A model generated the notes under the pieces. That model worked only from the letters and a program-made list of their open reading frames with translations, ran no database searches and was not told the DNA's origin. Of a DNA stretch of 64,000 nt, positions 11,030 through 22,074 are shown one piece after another. Source of the DNA: Caecitellus pseudoparvulus (lineage: Eukaryota; Protista; Bigyra: Bicosoecida); NCBI GenBank assembly GCA_965644315.1, contig CBFFRQ010000069.1, positions 372,001 to 436,000 on the forward strand. Direction: 5' to 3'. Numbering within the stretch: position 1 is the first letter of the stretch; the number at the start of each line of letters is the position of its first letter. The position numbers and the translations under genes were made by a program.

Positions 11030-12265
11030 ATGGATGCCCTGATCGCAGGCGGGCTGGCGGCGGCGGCGACAGCAGTCACCCTCGCGCTGCGCAGTCGTGT
11101 AGCGCGCAGAGTGGCCTCGGCCAGTGCCACGGCGCATGCCCGCGCACAAGGCCCCCTGGTGGTGTTGCTGTCGTGTGACGAGGTGGAGCGCACCGTGGGC
11201 AGCGGCTGGAGCGCAGTGTACGGCGACAGCGCAGTGGACGACGCACCCCTGTGGCGGGAGCTGTCCGCCCTGCAAGTGCCCTTCGTGCGTGTGTCTTGGA
11301 CCTCCCCACGTGCCCTGCGCATTGTGAAACGAGCGGCGGCGGGCGGCGGCTGCCTCGTCGTCACACGGCAAACGTGGGATTACAGCTCCGGCCCGGCGCG
11401 CCTGCAGGCGTTCCTGGCGGCGCTGCAGGCCATGCAGGAGGCCGGTGCAACTCTCTGGAACGACCTGCGCCTCATCCAGTGGAGCTCCCACAAGAGCTAC
11501 CTCGGCAGGCTGCACGGCGCAGGCGTGGTGACGGTGTCCACGCTGCAAGTGCCGCCGGCGGCGGAGGGCGGGCAGCGAGTCAACCTCAACGCAGCAGCAC
11601 AGCGCCTGTCTGCCCGGCACGGACTGGTCATCAAGCCTGCCATTGGCGGCTCTGCGCGTGGCAGTGTGCTGGTGGAGGACCTCACACGGGCCCCGGCAGT
11701 GCGTGCAGCCGAGGCGTACCTTCACGCGGCAGGGGGTTGGAGTGTGGCCAGCCGAGTGCCTGTGGGGGACGGCCCTGGGAAGTGGAGTGGGGAGGTGGAA
11801 ACCATGCTGGTGCAGGCATTTGCGCCGTCCATTCGGCAGCATGGCGAGCTGAGCGTGGTGGTGGTGCTGGGGCACATCACGCACGCGGTGGTGAAACGCC
11901 CTGCAGCGGGCGGCGGTGACTTCAAGGTGCAGGCGGAGTACGGCGGGTGGGAGGAGGTGACGACCCTGCCGCACGCGACGCACGAGGTCGTGCACAGCAT
12001 CCTGCGCAAGGCTGCGCGGCAGGCGGGCTTGCCAGCTCCGTCCACAGGGGCGCCCCTGCCAGAGGCGGGGCTGCCGCTGGCCCGGGTGGACTTCCTGCGT
12101 TGCAACGACAGCAACCGCCCCGAGTCACTGCAGGTGATGGAGGTGGAGTGTGTGGAGCCACAGCTGTTCTTTGCACATTTCCCAGCGGCGGCCAAGCGCC
12201 TGGCCAAGGGCATGTGGGCCTGGCATCGCCGCGCCTGCCACGCGCAGGCCAAGGCGAAGCAGTAA
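11030..12265 (+). CDS. ATP-grasp ligase (RimK/glutathione synthetase-like, DcsG-type) with hydrophobic N-terminus
   Basis: RQTWDY, WSSHKSYL, VIKPAIGGSARG, LVQAFAPSIRQHGELS, HAVVKRP..GDFKVQAEYGG, ARVDFL and MEVECVEPQLFF. No intron needed. Confidence 0.8.
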   Translation: MDALIAGGLAAAATAVTLALRSRVARRVASASATAHARAQGPLVVLLSCDEVERTVGSGWSAVYGDSAVDDAPLWRELSALQVPFVRVSWTSPRALRIVKRAAAGGGCLVVTRQTWDYSSGPARLQAFLAALQAMQEAGATLWNDLRLIQWSSHKSYLGRLHGAGVVTVSTLQVPPAAEGGQRVNLNAAAQRLSARHGLVIKPAIGGSARGSVLVEDLTRAPAVRAAEAYLHAAGGWSVASRVPVGDGPGKWSGEVETMLVQAFAPSIRQHGELSVVVVLGHITHAVVKRPAAGGGDFKVQAEYGGWEEVTTLPHATHEVVHSILRKAARQAGLPAPSTGAPLPEAGLPLARVDFLRCNDSNRPESLQVMEVECVEPQLFFAHFPAAAKRLAKGMWAWHRRACHAQAKAKQ

Positions 12266-12509
12266 TGCAGCAGGTGGCCAGGCTCGCCGTGCAGAGCAGG
12301 GGGTGCCGACACATCCCAAGGCTGCAGCAAAGCGCGTGGTTTGCCTGCCTCCTGTCCGTTCCCCACAGGCCTGTCCTGCACACGTCTGTGCTTGGCAGCT
12401 GCGACGGTCCGCTGCGTCCCTGCGGAATTGCGGAAGTTGAACAGCCTGTTCGCTTTCCGCAAGGCACCCCCCTTGCCACGCACACACGTCACAGCACACG
12501 CAGCCCAGG

Positions 12510-15500
12510 ATGCCTTCCAGTGGCACATCAACAACACCTTCGACGGCGGGTCGGAGGCGGCGCACTGCTCCCTCTGTCTCGCGAACGGGGCTGCCAGAGG
12601 GCACCGAGCAGCGCCTCGCGGCGCTCTCCGCTCCCCACGTTCAGTCCTTCAACTACATGCTGGACCAAGGCCTGCAGGCGGCCGTGGAGGACTTGCAGCC
12701 CAGGGAGATGTTCTTCGAGAAGGGCGGGGAACGCGTGCAGTTCTGGATCGAGGCAGCCCACGTGGGCATGCCCACCGTCACCGACAGCCGCATGGACACC
12801 CGCCTGCTGCCGCGGGAGTGCCGTGAGCGCGGCATGACGTATGCGGCGCCGCTGAGCGTCAAGGTGGGGCACATGGTGGGGGAGGGTGAGGTGCACCACC
12901 AGGACGTGGACCTGGGCCTGCTGCCCATCATGGTGCGCTCCTCCCGCTGCCACCTGCACGGGCTGGGCCCCGCCGCCCTGGCCGCGGGGCACGAGGAGGC
13001 GAACGAGTTCGGCGGCTACTTCCTGTGCAACGGCATCGAGCGCATCGTGCGCATGATCCAGATCCCCCGCCGCAACTACCCCATGGCCATCACGCGGGCC
13101 TCCTTCGTCAAGCGCGGCAAGCTGTACAGCACCAAGGGCGTCATGATTCGCTGCGCCCGCCCCGACCAGACCACCATCACCCTCACCCTGCACTACCTCC
13201 TGGACGGCAACGCCACCGTGCGCTTCAGCATGCGCCGGCAGGAGTTCTTCCTCCCCGTCATGCTGCTGCTCAAGGCGCTGGCGGAGGCGTCTGACGCGGA
13301 AATCTTCAGCCGCGTCCTGGGCGGCGACACAGAGGACACGTACTTGTCAGACCGCATGCACATCATCCTGCACGACTACGCGGCTGCCTTTGGCCACCTG
13401 CGCAGCCGGGAGGCGGTGCTGGAGTTCCTGGGCGAGCGTTTCCGCACCGTGCTGGACATGCCAGACAGCCTCAGCCACATGCAGGCGGGGCAGTACTTGC
13501 TGGACCGCTTCATCCTGGTGCACCTGCCGTCCCACGCTGACAAGTTCCATGCTCTGGTGCTCATGCTGCGCAAGCTGTACGCGTTCGTGGCGGGCAAGTG
13601 CGCGGAAGACAACGCTGACGCAGCGTCGAACCAGGAAGTGCTGCTGGCGGGGCACCTCTTTCTCATGCAGCTCAAGGAGCAGCTGGAAACGGCCCTGCGC
13701 AGTGTTGGGGATGCCATGCGGCGGGATGTGCGCCTGGGGCGCGCTGGACCGCGCGGGCAGCGCTCCGACACCGCCCTGTCCCTGCCTGGCGTTGCGCCGC
13801 CTGCGACGGTTTCTGACGTGTACGCCTTCACCTACTTCAAGCGCCTGCTGCAGCGCATGCCGGACGTCGGCAAGGCCATGTACACAACCATGGCCACGGG
13901 GAACTTGAACTCCCCCTCTGGCCTGGACTTGATGCAGCAGACGGGCTTCACAGTGGTGGCTGACCGCATCAATTTCCTGCGTTTCCTCACGCACTTCCGC
14001 TCCATCCACCGTGGCCAGTTCTTCACAGAGATGAAGACCACCGCCGTGCGCAAGCTGCTGCCGGAGTCCTGGGGCTTCATGTGCCCCGTGCACACCCCCG
14101 ATGGCTCCCCCTGCGGCCTGCTGAACCACCTGGCAGCTGACTGCACCATGGTCACCCACAGCACCGTGACGAAGGACTTGCCGGCGCTGCTCGTGAGCAT
14201 GGGCGTGCAGCCGTGTGTGGGCACCGGCACCCTCCTGCGTGCTGGGGACTTGCCGGTGGTGCTGGATGGCCGGGTGCTGGGCGGCGTGGATTTGGCCACT
14301 GCCGGCAGCATTGCCCGCCGCCTGAGGGACTTGAAGGCCCACGCCCTCACCACCGCCTGTGCCGCGCAGGGCATCCACGACGCCCGGGACATGACCTTGG
14401 CAGGCGCCCTCGCCGACGCTGGCCCGGCAGCGTCGGGGCGCGTGGCCGACACACCCGCCGCCCTCCCGTGGGTGCCGCCCAGTATGGAGGTGGCCCTGGT
14501 GCCCCCCGCAGGCCAGCCCTCCGCCTACGACGCCGCATCCGGCATGAAGCCTGCCGGCGGGCTCATGGGCACCTTCCCCGGCCTGTGGCTGTTCACGCAG
14601 GCGGCGCGCTTCCTGCGCCCCGTGCGGCAGCTGTGGAGTGGTAAGGTGGAGCTGCTGGGCAGCATGGAGCAGGTGTACATGGACATCGCCTGCACGGCAG
14701 ACGACGTGACGGACATCGTGGGCCTGGGGCCGCAGGGCGCCGCACAGGCGTCGGCGCAGGTCGCCGCTGCCGTGGCAGGGGACGCCGCCGCCGTCGCAGC
14801 CCTGCGCGGGGACACGCCCGACGGCGCCCTGCACCCCTACACACACATGGAGACGTCCCCCCGCGCCATGCTGAGCCTGGCTGCGTCCCTGACGCCCTTC
14901 TCCGACATGAACCAGTCCCCCCGCAACATGTACCAGTGCCAGATGGCCAAGCAGACCATGGGCACGCCGGCCCACGCCATGTCCACACGCTCCGACACCA
15001 AGCTGTACCGCCTGCAGACGCCGCAGGTGCCCCTCGTGCAGACTGAGGCGCAGGCGGCGTACGGGCTGGATGAGTTCCCCAACGGCGCCAACGCCATCGT
15101 GGCGGTGGTGGCGTACACGGGCATGGACATGGAGGACGCCATGATCGTGAACAAGGGCTCCTACGACAGGGGCTTCGCGCATGCTTCCGTGTACAAGACG
15201 CACATCGTGGACTTGGCCGAGAAGAAGGGCGCGGCGGGGCAGTACGTCTTCGCCAACTCTAAGGGCGGCGGGCGGGGCCGCCGAGCCAAGCCTGGCGGCG
15301 CGCCCGGCGGCCTGGTGGAGCCCCGCCTGGACCTGGACGGCCTGCCGCCAGTGGGCACGCGCCTGACGCAGGGCGACCCCGTGTACATGGTGCACGACAC
15401 CGTGGAGGGCAGCTTCCACGTGAACAAGCACAAGGACGCGGAGCCTGCGGTGGTGGAGGCGGTGCGGGTGCTGGGGCCCACCAAGGGCGGTGGCAAGGGC

Positions 15501-16481
15501 GGCGGTATCACCCGCGTCGCGCTGCGCCTGCGGTACAACCGCAACCCCGTCGTGGGGGACAAGTTCTCCTCACGCCACGGGCAGAAGGGCACCCTGTCCC
15601 TCCTGTGGCCGCAGGAGGACATGCCCTTCACGGAGCACGGCATGACGCCTGACATCATCATCAACCCCCACGCCTTCCCCTCCCGCATGACCATCGGCAT
15701 GCTGGTGGAGAGCATGGCGGGCAAGGCAGGCGCCATGCACGGGCGGTACCAGGACGCCACCCCCTTCGCCTTCAACGAGCGCCAGCGGGCCGTGGACTAC
15801 TTCGGCGAGCAGCTGGAGAGCGCGGGGTACTCGTACTACGGCACAGAGCCCATGTACTCTGGCGTCTCAGGCACGGAGCTGCACGCCCACATCTACATCG
15901 GCGTCGTGTACTACCAGCGCCTCCGGCACATGGTCAGCGACAAGTACCAGGTGCGGTCCATGGGCCCCATCAACAACCTCACGCGGCAGCCGCTGAAGGG
16001 GCGCAAGCGCCGAGGAGGCATCCGCTTCGGCGAGATGGAGCGTGACTCCCTCCTCGCCCACGGCGTCTCCTACCTCCTGCACGATCGCCTCATGAACTGC
16101 TCCGACAGGCACGTCGGCGTCGTCTGCACCAACTGCGGCAGCCTGCTGTCCCCCATGGCCGTGCCGCCTGGCACGCAGGGTGATGAGGGCTCCCTCCTGG
16201 ACGCCTTCACCTCCAAGCCGGATGCCATGGCCACCAGTAGCATGGGGGCCGTCATGCCTGCCACGGCCGCCGTCCGCGCAGCCACCAAGGGCGCCGCCAA
16301 GCCCATGGAGCGCGGTCTGCGGTACTGGTGCCTGTCCTGCGAGACGGGCCGGCACTGCGTCACCATGCCCCTGCCGTATGTCTTCCGCTACCTCGTCAAC
16401 GAGCTCAGCGGCATGGGCGTGCGCCTGACCCTGGATGTCAAGGACCACGCTGTGGCTGCGGGTCCCGCTGTGGGCGAGTGA
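12510..16481 (+). CDS. RPA2: DNA-directed RNA polymerase I second-largest subunit (RPA135)
   Basis: PHVQSFN, EMKTTAVRKLLPESWGFMCPVHTPDGSPCGLLNH, NQSPRNMYQCQMAKQTMG, GDKFSSRHGQKG, YYQRLRHMVSDKYQVRS and GGIRFGEMERD, all of the Pol I type. Confidence 0.97.
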   Translation: MPSSGTSTTPSTAGRRRRTAPSVSRTGLPEGTEQRLAALSAPHVQSFNYMLDQGLQAAVEDLQPREMFFEKGGERVQFWIEAAHVGMPTVTDSRMDTRLLPRECRERGMTYAAPLSVKVGHMVGEGEVHHQDVDLGLLPIMVRSSRCHLHGLGPAALAAGHEEANEFGGYFLCNGIERIVRMIQIPRRNYPMAITRASFVKRGKLYSTKGVMIRCARPDQTTITLTLHYLLDGNATVRFSMRRQEFFLPVMLLLKALAEASDAEIFSRVLGGDTEDTYLSDRMHIILHDYAAAFGHLRSREAVLEFLGERFRTVLDMPDSLSHMQAGQYLLDRFILVHLPSHADKFHALVLMLRKLYAFVAGKCAEDNADAASNQEVLLAGHLFLMQLKEQLETALRSVGDAMRRDVRLGRAGPRGQRSDTALSLPGVAPPATVSDVYAFTYFKRLLQRMPDVGKAMYTTMATGNLNSPSGLDLMQQTGFTVVADRINFLRFLTHFRSIHRGQFFTEMKTTAVRKLLPESWGFMCPVHTPDGSPCGLLNHLAADCTMVTHSTVTKDLPALLVSMGVQPCVGTGTLLRAGDLPVVLDGRVLGGVDLATAGSIARRLRDLKAHALTTACAAQGIHDARDMTLAGALADAGPAASGRVADTPAALPWVPPSMEVALVPPAGQPSAYDAASGMKPAGGLMGTFPGLWLFTQAARFLRPVRQLWSGKVELLGSMEQVYMDIACTADDVTDIVGLGPQGAAQASAQVAAAVAGDAAAVAALRGDTPDGALHPYTHMETSPRAMLSLAASLTPFSDMNQSPRNMYQCQMAKQTMGTPAHAMSTRSDTKLYRLQTPQVPLVQTEAQAAYGLDEFPNGANAIVAVVAYTGMDMEDAMIVNKGSYDRGFAHASVYKTHIVDLAEKKGAAGQYVFANSKGGGRGRRAKPGGAPGGLVEPRLDLDGLPPVGTRLTQGDPVYMVHDTVEGSFHVNKHKDAEPAVVEAVRVLGPTKGGGKGGGITRVALRLRYNRNPVVGDKFSSRHGQKGTLSLLWPQEDMPFTEHGMTPDIIINPHAFPSRMTIGMLVESMAGKAGAMHGRYQDATPFAFNERQRAVDYFGEQLESAGYSYYGTEPMYSGVSGTELHAHIYIGVVYYQRLRHMVSDKYQVRSMGPINNLTRQPLKGRKRRGGIRFGEMERDSLLAHGVSYLLHDRLMNCSDRHVGVVCTNCGSLLSPMAVPPGTQGDEGSLLDAFTSKPDAMATSSMGAVMPATAAVRAATKGAAKPMERGLRYWCLSCETGRHCVTMPLPYVFRYLVNELSGMGVRLTLDVKDHAVAAGPAVGE

Positions 16482-16490
16482 CGCCGTCCC

Positions 16491-16500
16491 CAATGCATTG
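16491..16500. terminator. Palindrome CAATGCATTG between convergent RPA2 and TBC genes (candidate 3'-end signal)
   Basis: Perfect 10-bp palindrome in the 32-bp gap between the two stop codons; recurs at 36441 and 55138. Function is inferred. Confidence 0.5.
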
Positions 16501-16513
16501 CGCTGCACGCCCG

Positions 16514-18197
16514 TCACGGGGACCCGGTGCCCTCTGGTGCCTCCACCACCAGCCAGCTCTCGCCCAGGGCAGGGGGGAGGGCGGAGCTGCCCGCGCCACC
16601 TGTGCCTTCCGCCGCACTGCTGCTGCTGCTGTGAGGCGGCTGCGCCTCTGCCGGGGCTGTGCCCTCGGGCTGTGCAGCCTCCGGCGTGGGGGAGGGGCTG
16701 CCTGGCGCTGGGGGCGAGGCGCCCGCGTGGACCTCCCCTGGCGGGGCAGAGGGTGAGGGGTGCTGGGGACTCTGCCCACGCTGCGCCTCCTCTGCATACC
16801 ACGCACTCCACACGGCAGGGGTGATTGTGGGGAAGGCTTGCGCGGCAGAGCTGGCCAGGTGCCTGGGCGGCGCCAACTCAAGAGACGTCGGCGTGGAGGT
16901 GCGTGTGCCCTCCTGCACCTGGCGGTGGCAGCCGTACGCCTTCAGCACAGACATGGCGGCCATGCAGTCCTGCTCCCCCTCCAAGTACACCTGCAGCTCC
17001 TGCAGCATGCGCAGGAACACCTGCACCGCGACGCTCCAGCCCCGCTGTAGGAAGGCGTCCCACACCTGCACAGCTTCCTCCCACGGCAGGACGATGGTGA
17101 AGAGGCAGAACCACCACTCGTGCACATGCATGGTGTTGGTGTCTGATTCCTGCAGCGCCAGGTGCACTTGCGGCAGGTGCTCCTGCACCGCCCGGGCCAT
17201 GACTGCGTTCACAGCGTGCAAGCCTGGCAGGCCAGTCCTGTACAGCTCCCGCATGTTGAACCGCGGGGCATGCAGCAAGCGCTGCATCAAGATGAAAGCG
17301 TCACGGGCATCCTCCTCCCCTGCACTGGCTTCGCAGTCGTCATCTCCGCCGCTCTCCCGGGACTTGTGCAGAGTGAGCAGGATGAAGGCCACGAGGAAGT
17401 TCATGCCTGTGAAGGGCCGCGCTGGCGTTGCAGCACCGGTCGACGCTGCGACGCGCTCAGGCGGGGAACGCACCCTGCACATACCCCACTTCGGGGTTCT
17501 CCTTGGCAAGCACCATCAGCACTAGGCGCAGGTTCCTCCGAAACACCGCGCTCTGCAGGGAGCCACGTGTGGGCGTTTCGTGCTGGCTCCGGCACTTGTG
17601 CTGCGCAGTCCCCGCAAGGGGCACCCTCCATACCTTTGTGTACTCCGTGCCCATGTGTGTCCGTTTTACATCCCGCTCGATGTCCCTCAGTGCTGCAGGG
17701 TGGGAGTGCGGAGGTGTGGCACGCAGCAACGCAAGAAATGCCAGCTGCCACTCACCCCGCCCGAAACGCCCCTCCAGGTCCACGCCCCCCTCCACCTCTT
17801 GCACCAGAGCGGAGAAGCGCTGGGTGAGCCGGGACTCCCCCAGCTCCTCTCCTGCGCAGTCTGAAGACTTCATCCACCTCTCACGCCGCTGAGGGTCTTG
17901 AGGGACGTGCTCGGCCGGGGGCAGCGGCGCTGCGCTCTTCACTGGCTCTGCCATAGTTCTCTTCTCCGCAACCCTGCTGGGCGTCGCCGATGCAGGGGCG
18001 GACTGGCTGTCCTCGTCATCTTTGGGGTCAAACAAGAACGATGTCAGGGGCGCAAGGTGCTTCTTCACCTCCTCCTGGTGAGACAGGGCGTAGCCGAGTG
18101 TCGCCGCCACTCCAGCCACCGCCAAGCCCCAGCCCGCAGCCTGCAGCGCCGCGTTGTTCCCGGCGCGCCTGCCCTTGGGCCGCCTCGCCGCCGCCAT
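16514..18197 (-). CDS. Rab-GAP TBC domain protein with N-terminal TM anchor, two introns
   Basis: IERDVKRT (Arg finger) and, after splicing, GYVQG|MNFLVAFILL (Gln finger); EWWFCLF and VWDAFL. Confidence 0.9.
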
Positions 18198-18563
18198 TTC
18201 AGTGCAGTACTTCCCTTGACTTGCGATGACTGTGTGTTGGGGGTGCTGCTCTGCGGTTACCATGCGTGTCCTTCACAGAATAGATGTGACTAGGTTTTGG
18301 CACATCCCTTCAAATTGCTCGGCAGGGGAAGGCGCCCCGGGAAGAGGGGCCAACTGCACAATTCAACCTTTACCCCAAAAGCTGCTGCAGAGTCGCCGCA
18401 GCACTCATCGTCGCCTGCAGGAGGCGCATTGCTGAGCTGCAGAACTGCACGACCGCAAGGCAACTCGGCGCTCTGCTGCGAGCGACACGCCGCTGCCAGC
18501 TGCGCGAGTGGGACGACACGCGGAGCAGGTCAGGAAAAGCCTGTGAGCAGGAGCAATCGAGAG

Positions 18564-19700
18564 ATGGATGCAGCCATGCGCTGCGCCTCTTTTGTGTGGG
18601 ACACGACTGGCTTTGCAGTCCAAGTGCTGGCTGCGGAAATCGGTCAGCTCACATGCTCTGTCTTTGGGTGCCAGCGCCGCTCCGAAGGCGAGATACCAGA
18701 CAGGCTGGGGACGGTGCTGATCACAGGGGTAACAGGGGGCATCGGACGTCAGCTTGTAAGGCAAGTGGCTTTGCGGGGCGGCACACTGTTGGCCTTGGGC
18801 AGAGATGAGGCAGCGGTGCAGGCGGTGTTGCGCGAGGAGTGCGGGGAGCAGCACCGCCACGCGGCGTTTCGGTGCGACTTGGCTGACCTGGACAGCGTGC
18901 AGGCCTGCTGCAAGGCGCTGAAGGAGAGGCTGGCGGGTGGGGCGGGCCTGCAGGCCATCCTGTGCAACGCGGGCGTCATGATGCCCCCTGTCCAACCCCG
19001 CACAGTGGACGGCCACGACCAAGCACTGCAAGTGAATTATCTGGGGCACATGCTCCTGGTGCTGGAACTGGGCCCATCTATCGTCAAGCATGGCACCATC
19101 CTCCTCGTCTCCAGTGTGGCGCACGTGGCCGCCACTGACGTGCTCGGCATGCAGACGCCAGGCCAGTCCCCAGTATCAACAGCGGGAGCAGCGGCATGTT
19201 GCCCCCGCAGCCCTGCCCCGCGCATGACCGTTGCCCAGACCACGCGTGGTTCAGCGCCTCACGCCTCGTCTTGGCAAGTGTCCCCCTCTGCGGCGTACGC
19301 CGAATCCAAGCTGGCGTGCTTGGCCTGCGTCCCCGCCCTCGCAACTTTGGCTGCCGCCAGCCCCGCAAACCCGGCCGTAGTCGCCGCACACCCGGGCGTG
19401 GTGGACACAGACTTGTATCGCCACATGCCCCAGCCCCTGCGTTGGATTGAGCAGGCCCTCGCGCCGCTCCTCTTCCGCAGCCCAGCCCAAGGCGCTGAGG
19501 CGATCCTGCACTCGGCATTCGTCGAGGCTCGCCAACGTGGCCGCAGCACGGCCTACACCGCAGGCGGGGCACCGTGGTCACCTGCACCAGGCTCTCTCAG
19601 CCCTGCGCTGGTTGACAGGCTGTGGGCATTCACACTCGCTGCGCTGGGCCGTGATGCTGAGCAGGTCCGGGAGAGCTGGCGTGCCGGAACAGCAAGCTGA
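18564..19700 (+). CDS. Short-chain dehydrogenase/reductase (retinol dehydrogenase/WWOX-like)
   Basis: ITGVTGGIG, CDLADLDSV, CNAGVM, VNYLGH, VSSVAH, YAESK (YxxxK) and HPGVVDTDL. Confidence 0.9.
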   Translation: MDAAMRCASFVWDTTGFAVQVLAAEIGQLTCSVFGCQRRSEGEIPDRLGTVLITGVTGGIGRQLVRQVALRGGTLLALGRDEAAVQAVLREECGEQHRHAAFRCDLADLDSVQACCKALKERLAGGAGLQAILCNAGVMMPPVQPRTVDGHDQALQVNYLGHMLLVLELGPSIVKHGTILLVSSVAHVAATDVLGMQTPGQSPVSTAGAAACCPRSPAPRMTVAQTTRGSAPHASSWQVSPSAAYAESKLACLACVPALATLAAASPANPAVVAAHPGVVDTDLYRHMPQPLRWIEQALAPLLFRSPAQGAEAILHSAFVEARQRGRSTAYTAGGAPWSPAPGSLSPALVDRLWAFTLAALGRDAEQVRESWRAGTAS

Positions 19701-19721
19701 TCGCGCTTGCGTTGTTTGCGC

Positions 19722-21564
19722 TCAAGCAGGCGAGTCGTCCGTGACCTGAGAAGGCGTGGGGGTGCCCCCGTGCACTGTTTTGCCCGAGGAAAATGCGGAG
19801 ATGCCCTTCTGTAGCGTTGTCACGCGCCGGAAACCAAGGGACAAGCGCCCAGCCACGCGGGCGCGCAGCGCTGCGAGCTTGCGCTGTGCGCGCTCCTGCG
19901 CAAACAACTGCAAGTCGGCTTTCAGCCCCCACACATGAGCTGCCGCGGAGAGGCCTTTCAGCACCATAGCAAAGATGAAAATGGCGCGGTTGCCGTCTTT
20001 CAGCCTTCCTGTGGCGATGGTAAACAGCTCGATGGCCAGCATGGGCGTGTCCACGAGCATGTCCCCGAAGCCACGGTAGAGGTCCACCACCACGGACTCG
20101 GCCCGGGTGCCGACGAGCCAGTAAAACGTCGTCTGCACATGCACCACGCTGATCATGGCCAAAATGAAGAAGGCCAAGTTCACAGGTGTGCGCACTCCCA
20201 ATGACAAGGCTGTGGAAATGTCTCTGCGAAAGGAACAGAGCAGGGGGGCACGTCTGAACCCTGGCACGGTGCTCTCACTGCGCGCCAGGCACTCACCCAA
20301 TTTTGTTGAACTCGAACAAGATCAGCATGGCGGTGTACCACCGCCCGTACTGCTGCACGGTCACCATGTACGGATTCCACACGCCGTTCTCCTGCACGCT
20401 GGACCGGCGCCTTGCTGGAGACTTGGACGACCGCCTGACGGGAGAGAAGCCCCTGGAGCTGTGTTGGCCAGTGGAAATAGTGCTGCTCAGGCGCATCAAG
20501 CCCTCCAAGCCCCCCCCGGCTCCCCCCGCATTGCCCAAGCCGGGTGCGACGACCACTGAGGCCTGTTGTGGGGAGCCGCTTGACTCTGCCTCGCTTGGCA
20601 CAGTGTCATCCACGAGGTGCGGCTGGCTCAGTGCCGCCGCGCCCACCACCGCACCCCCCTCCGCCCCAGCACCACCAGCATCCTCCTCCGCCTCGCCCCC
20701 TCCCCCGAACAGACCCGGCACGCCCGCCAACAGCCCCAACACCACCGCGAAACCCGACAACAACGACACCACCACCCATGACAAAGCCAGAACCAGCCAC
20801 CCGCCCCCAGCCAGGCCCACGCCTGCAGCCACCACCGACGTCGTGGACACGGGAAGCTGCAGCAGGTACACCTGGCCAGCATTGCGGGGGTACCATCCGG
20901 TGACGGCGTAGTACACGGCGGCACCGAGGGTCCACAGGAGCTGGGCAGCAGCCAGGGTGACGAGCACTGGCCAGTATTGATCAAACATCGGGTTGATTTG
21001 GCACGTCTGGCCCGCTGATGTGAAGGCGAGCGGGTCCTCCTGTTGCCGATTGGCCGGAGCTTCGGCGCAGTTGACGAGCACCATGACAACTGTGCCAGCA
21101 AGGACCACAGCCTTGATGTTGAAGAAGAGGTAGTACTTCCACTGTGGGCCGTCGTTCAGCACTCTGGCGCTAAGGTCAAGTCCTGGGGCTGGCTGCAGCT
21201 CAGACGGAGAACATCTCGTCCGAATGGAAAGTGGTGGGGCTTGCTGTCCGGCGTTGGGCGCTTGCTGCGCCTCTGGCGCCGACGCTTTTGCATCTGGGGG
21301 GGGGAAAGGGCTGTGTCTATCTGCTTCCTTGCTCATTTTGGCGTGCAAGTCGCTCTTCGACGCCGCCCTCGCCGAATCCAAGCTCTCCTCGTGCCAAAGT
21401 CTGGGCGTGCGAGGCCCGGCTCGCGGCGACAAATTCCGCGCAGGCAAGCTGCCCTGCTGGGAACCGGCGGGCTGTGATCCTTGCAAGGACGGCTGGGAAG
21501 GTTCAAAGCTTGGTTGGTATGGTTGCGGATCGGCGCTAGGCGCCCCTCGAAGCAGGAGGGCCAT
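19722..21564 (-). CDS. Orphan multi-pass membrane protein, paralogue A (one intron near 20215-20295)
   Basis: ORFs 20293..21642 and 19722..20300 are joined by a GTGAG intron. Several hydrophobic segments; clear paralogy with 22075..23887. Confidence 0.7.
20639..20961. repeat. 323-bp direct repeat copy 1 (98% identical to 22902-23224)
   Basis: Manual alignment shows 6 mismatches and no gaps. Confidence 0.9.
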
Positions 21565-22074
21565 CGTACGCCGACTCGAAGCGAACGTTCGACGAAAACC
21601 TCGCCGAGCAACCAGCGGAGTGTCACGCAACGCCGACTGCAACCCAGCACGTGCAGGGTTCAGCTCAGGGCATGCACGAAGGGGACATCTGGCATCATCC
21701 AGAGTCTCTCTGGGTTATTTTAGGGGTTTTGTTCGCGAGACGGCTTGCGGCCCGGCCAGGTGGCCGATAGGGCTGAGCGGACCCGCGGCAGCGGCAGCTG
21801 CGAGCGAGCCTAGGTGTCCATTCGCCGTCATCCATTCACCCTTGAGGAAAACGCGGCGAATGTGGCACTACACTGCACGTTGACAAGCTAGTGAGCCTTT
21901 TGCAGCGCCCCTGCCTTTCCTGCTGCTTCCTGAGACTCTCTGGCAGACGCTGACGTCACCGTATGCAAGCAAGTCCTTATCGCACGCAGCCGAGGCAGGG
22001 AAATTCATTCAGAGAAAAAGACAGGCACAGCGTGAAAAGAACATGTGAGGATAGTCAGATGGGCGATGCCCTGC

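Noticed and set aside
13347-15431. Long antisense ORFs over RPA2 (similarly 53423-55138 and 55488-57482)
   Set aside because: Expected shadow ORFs from high GC3 codon bias, with no recognisable motifs.
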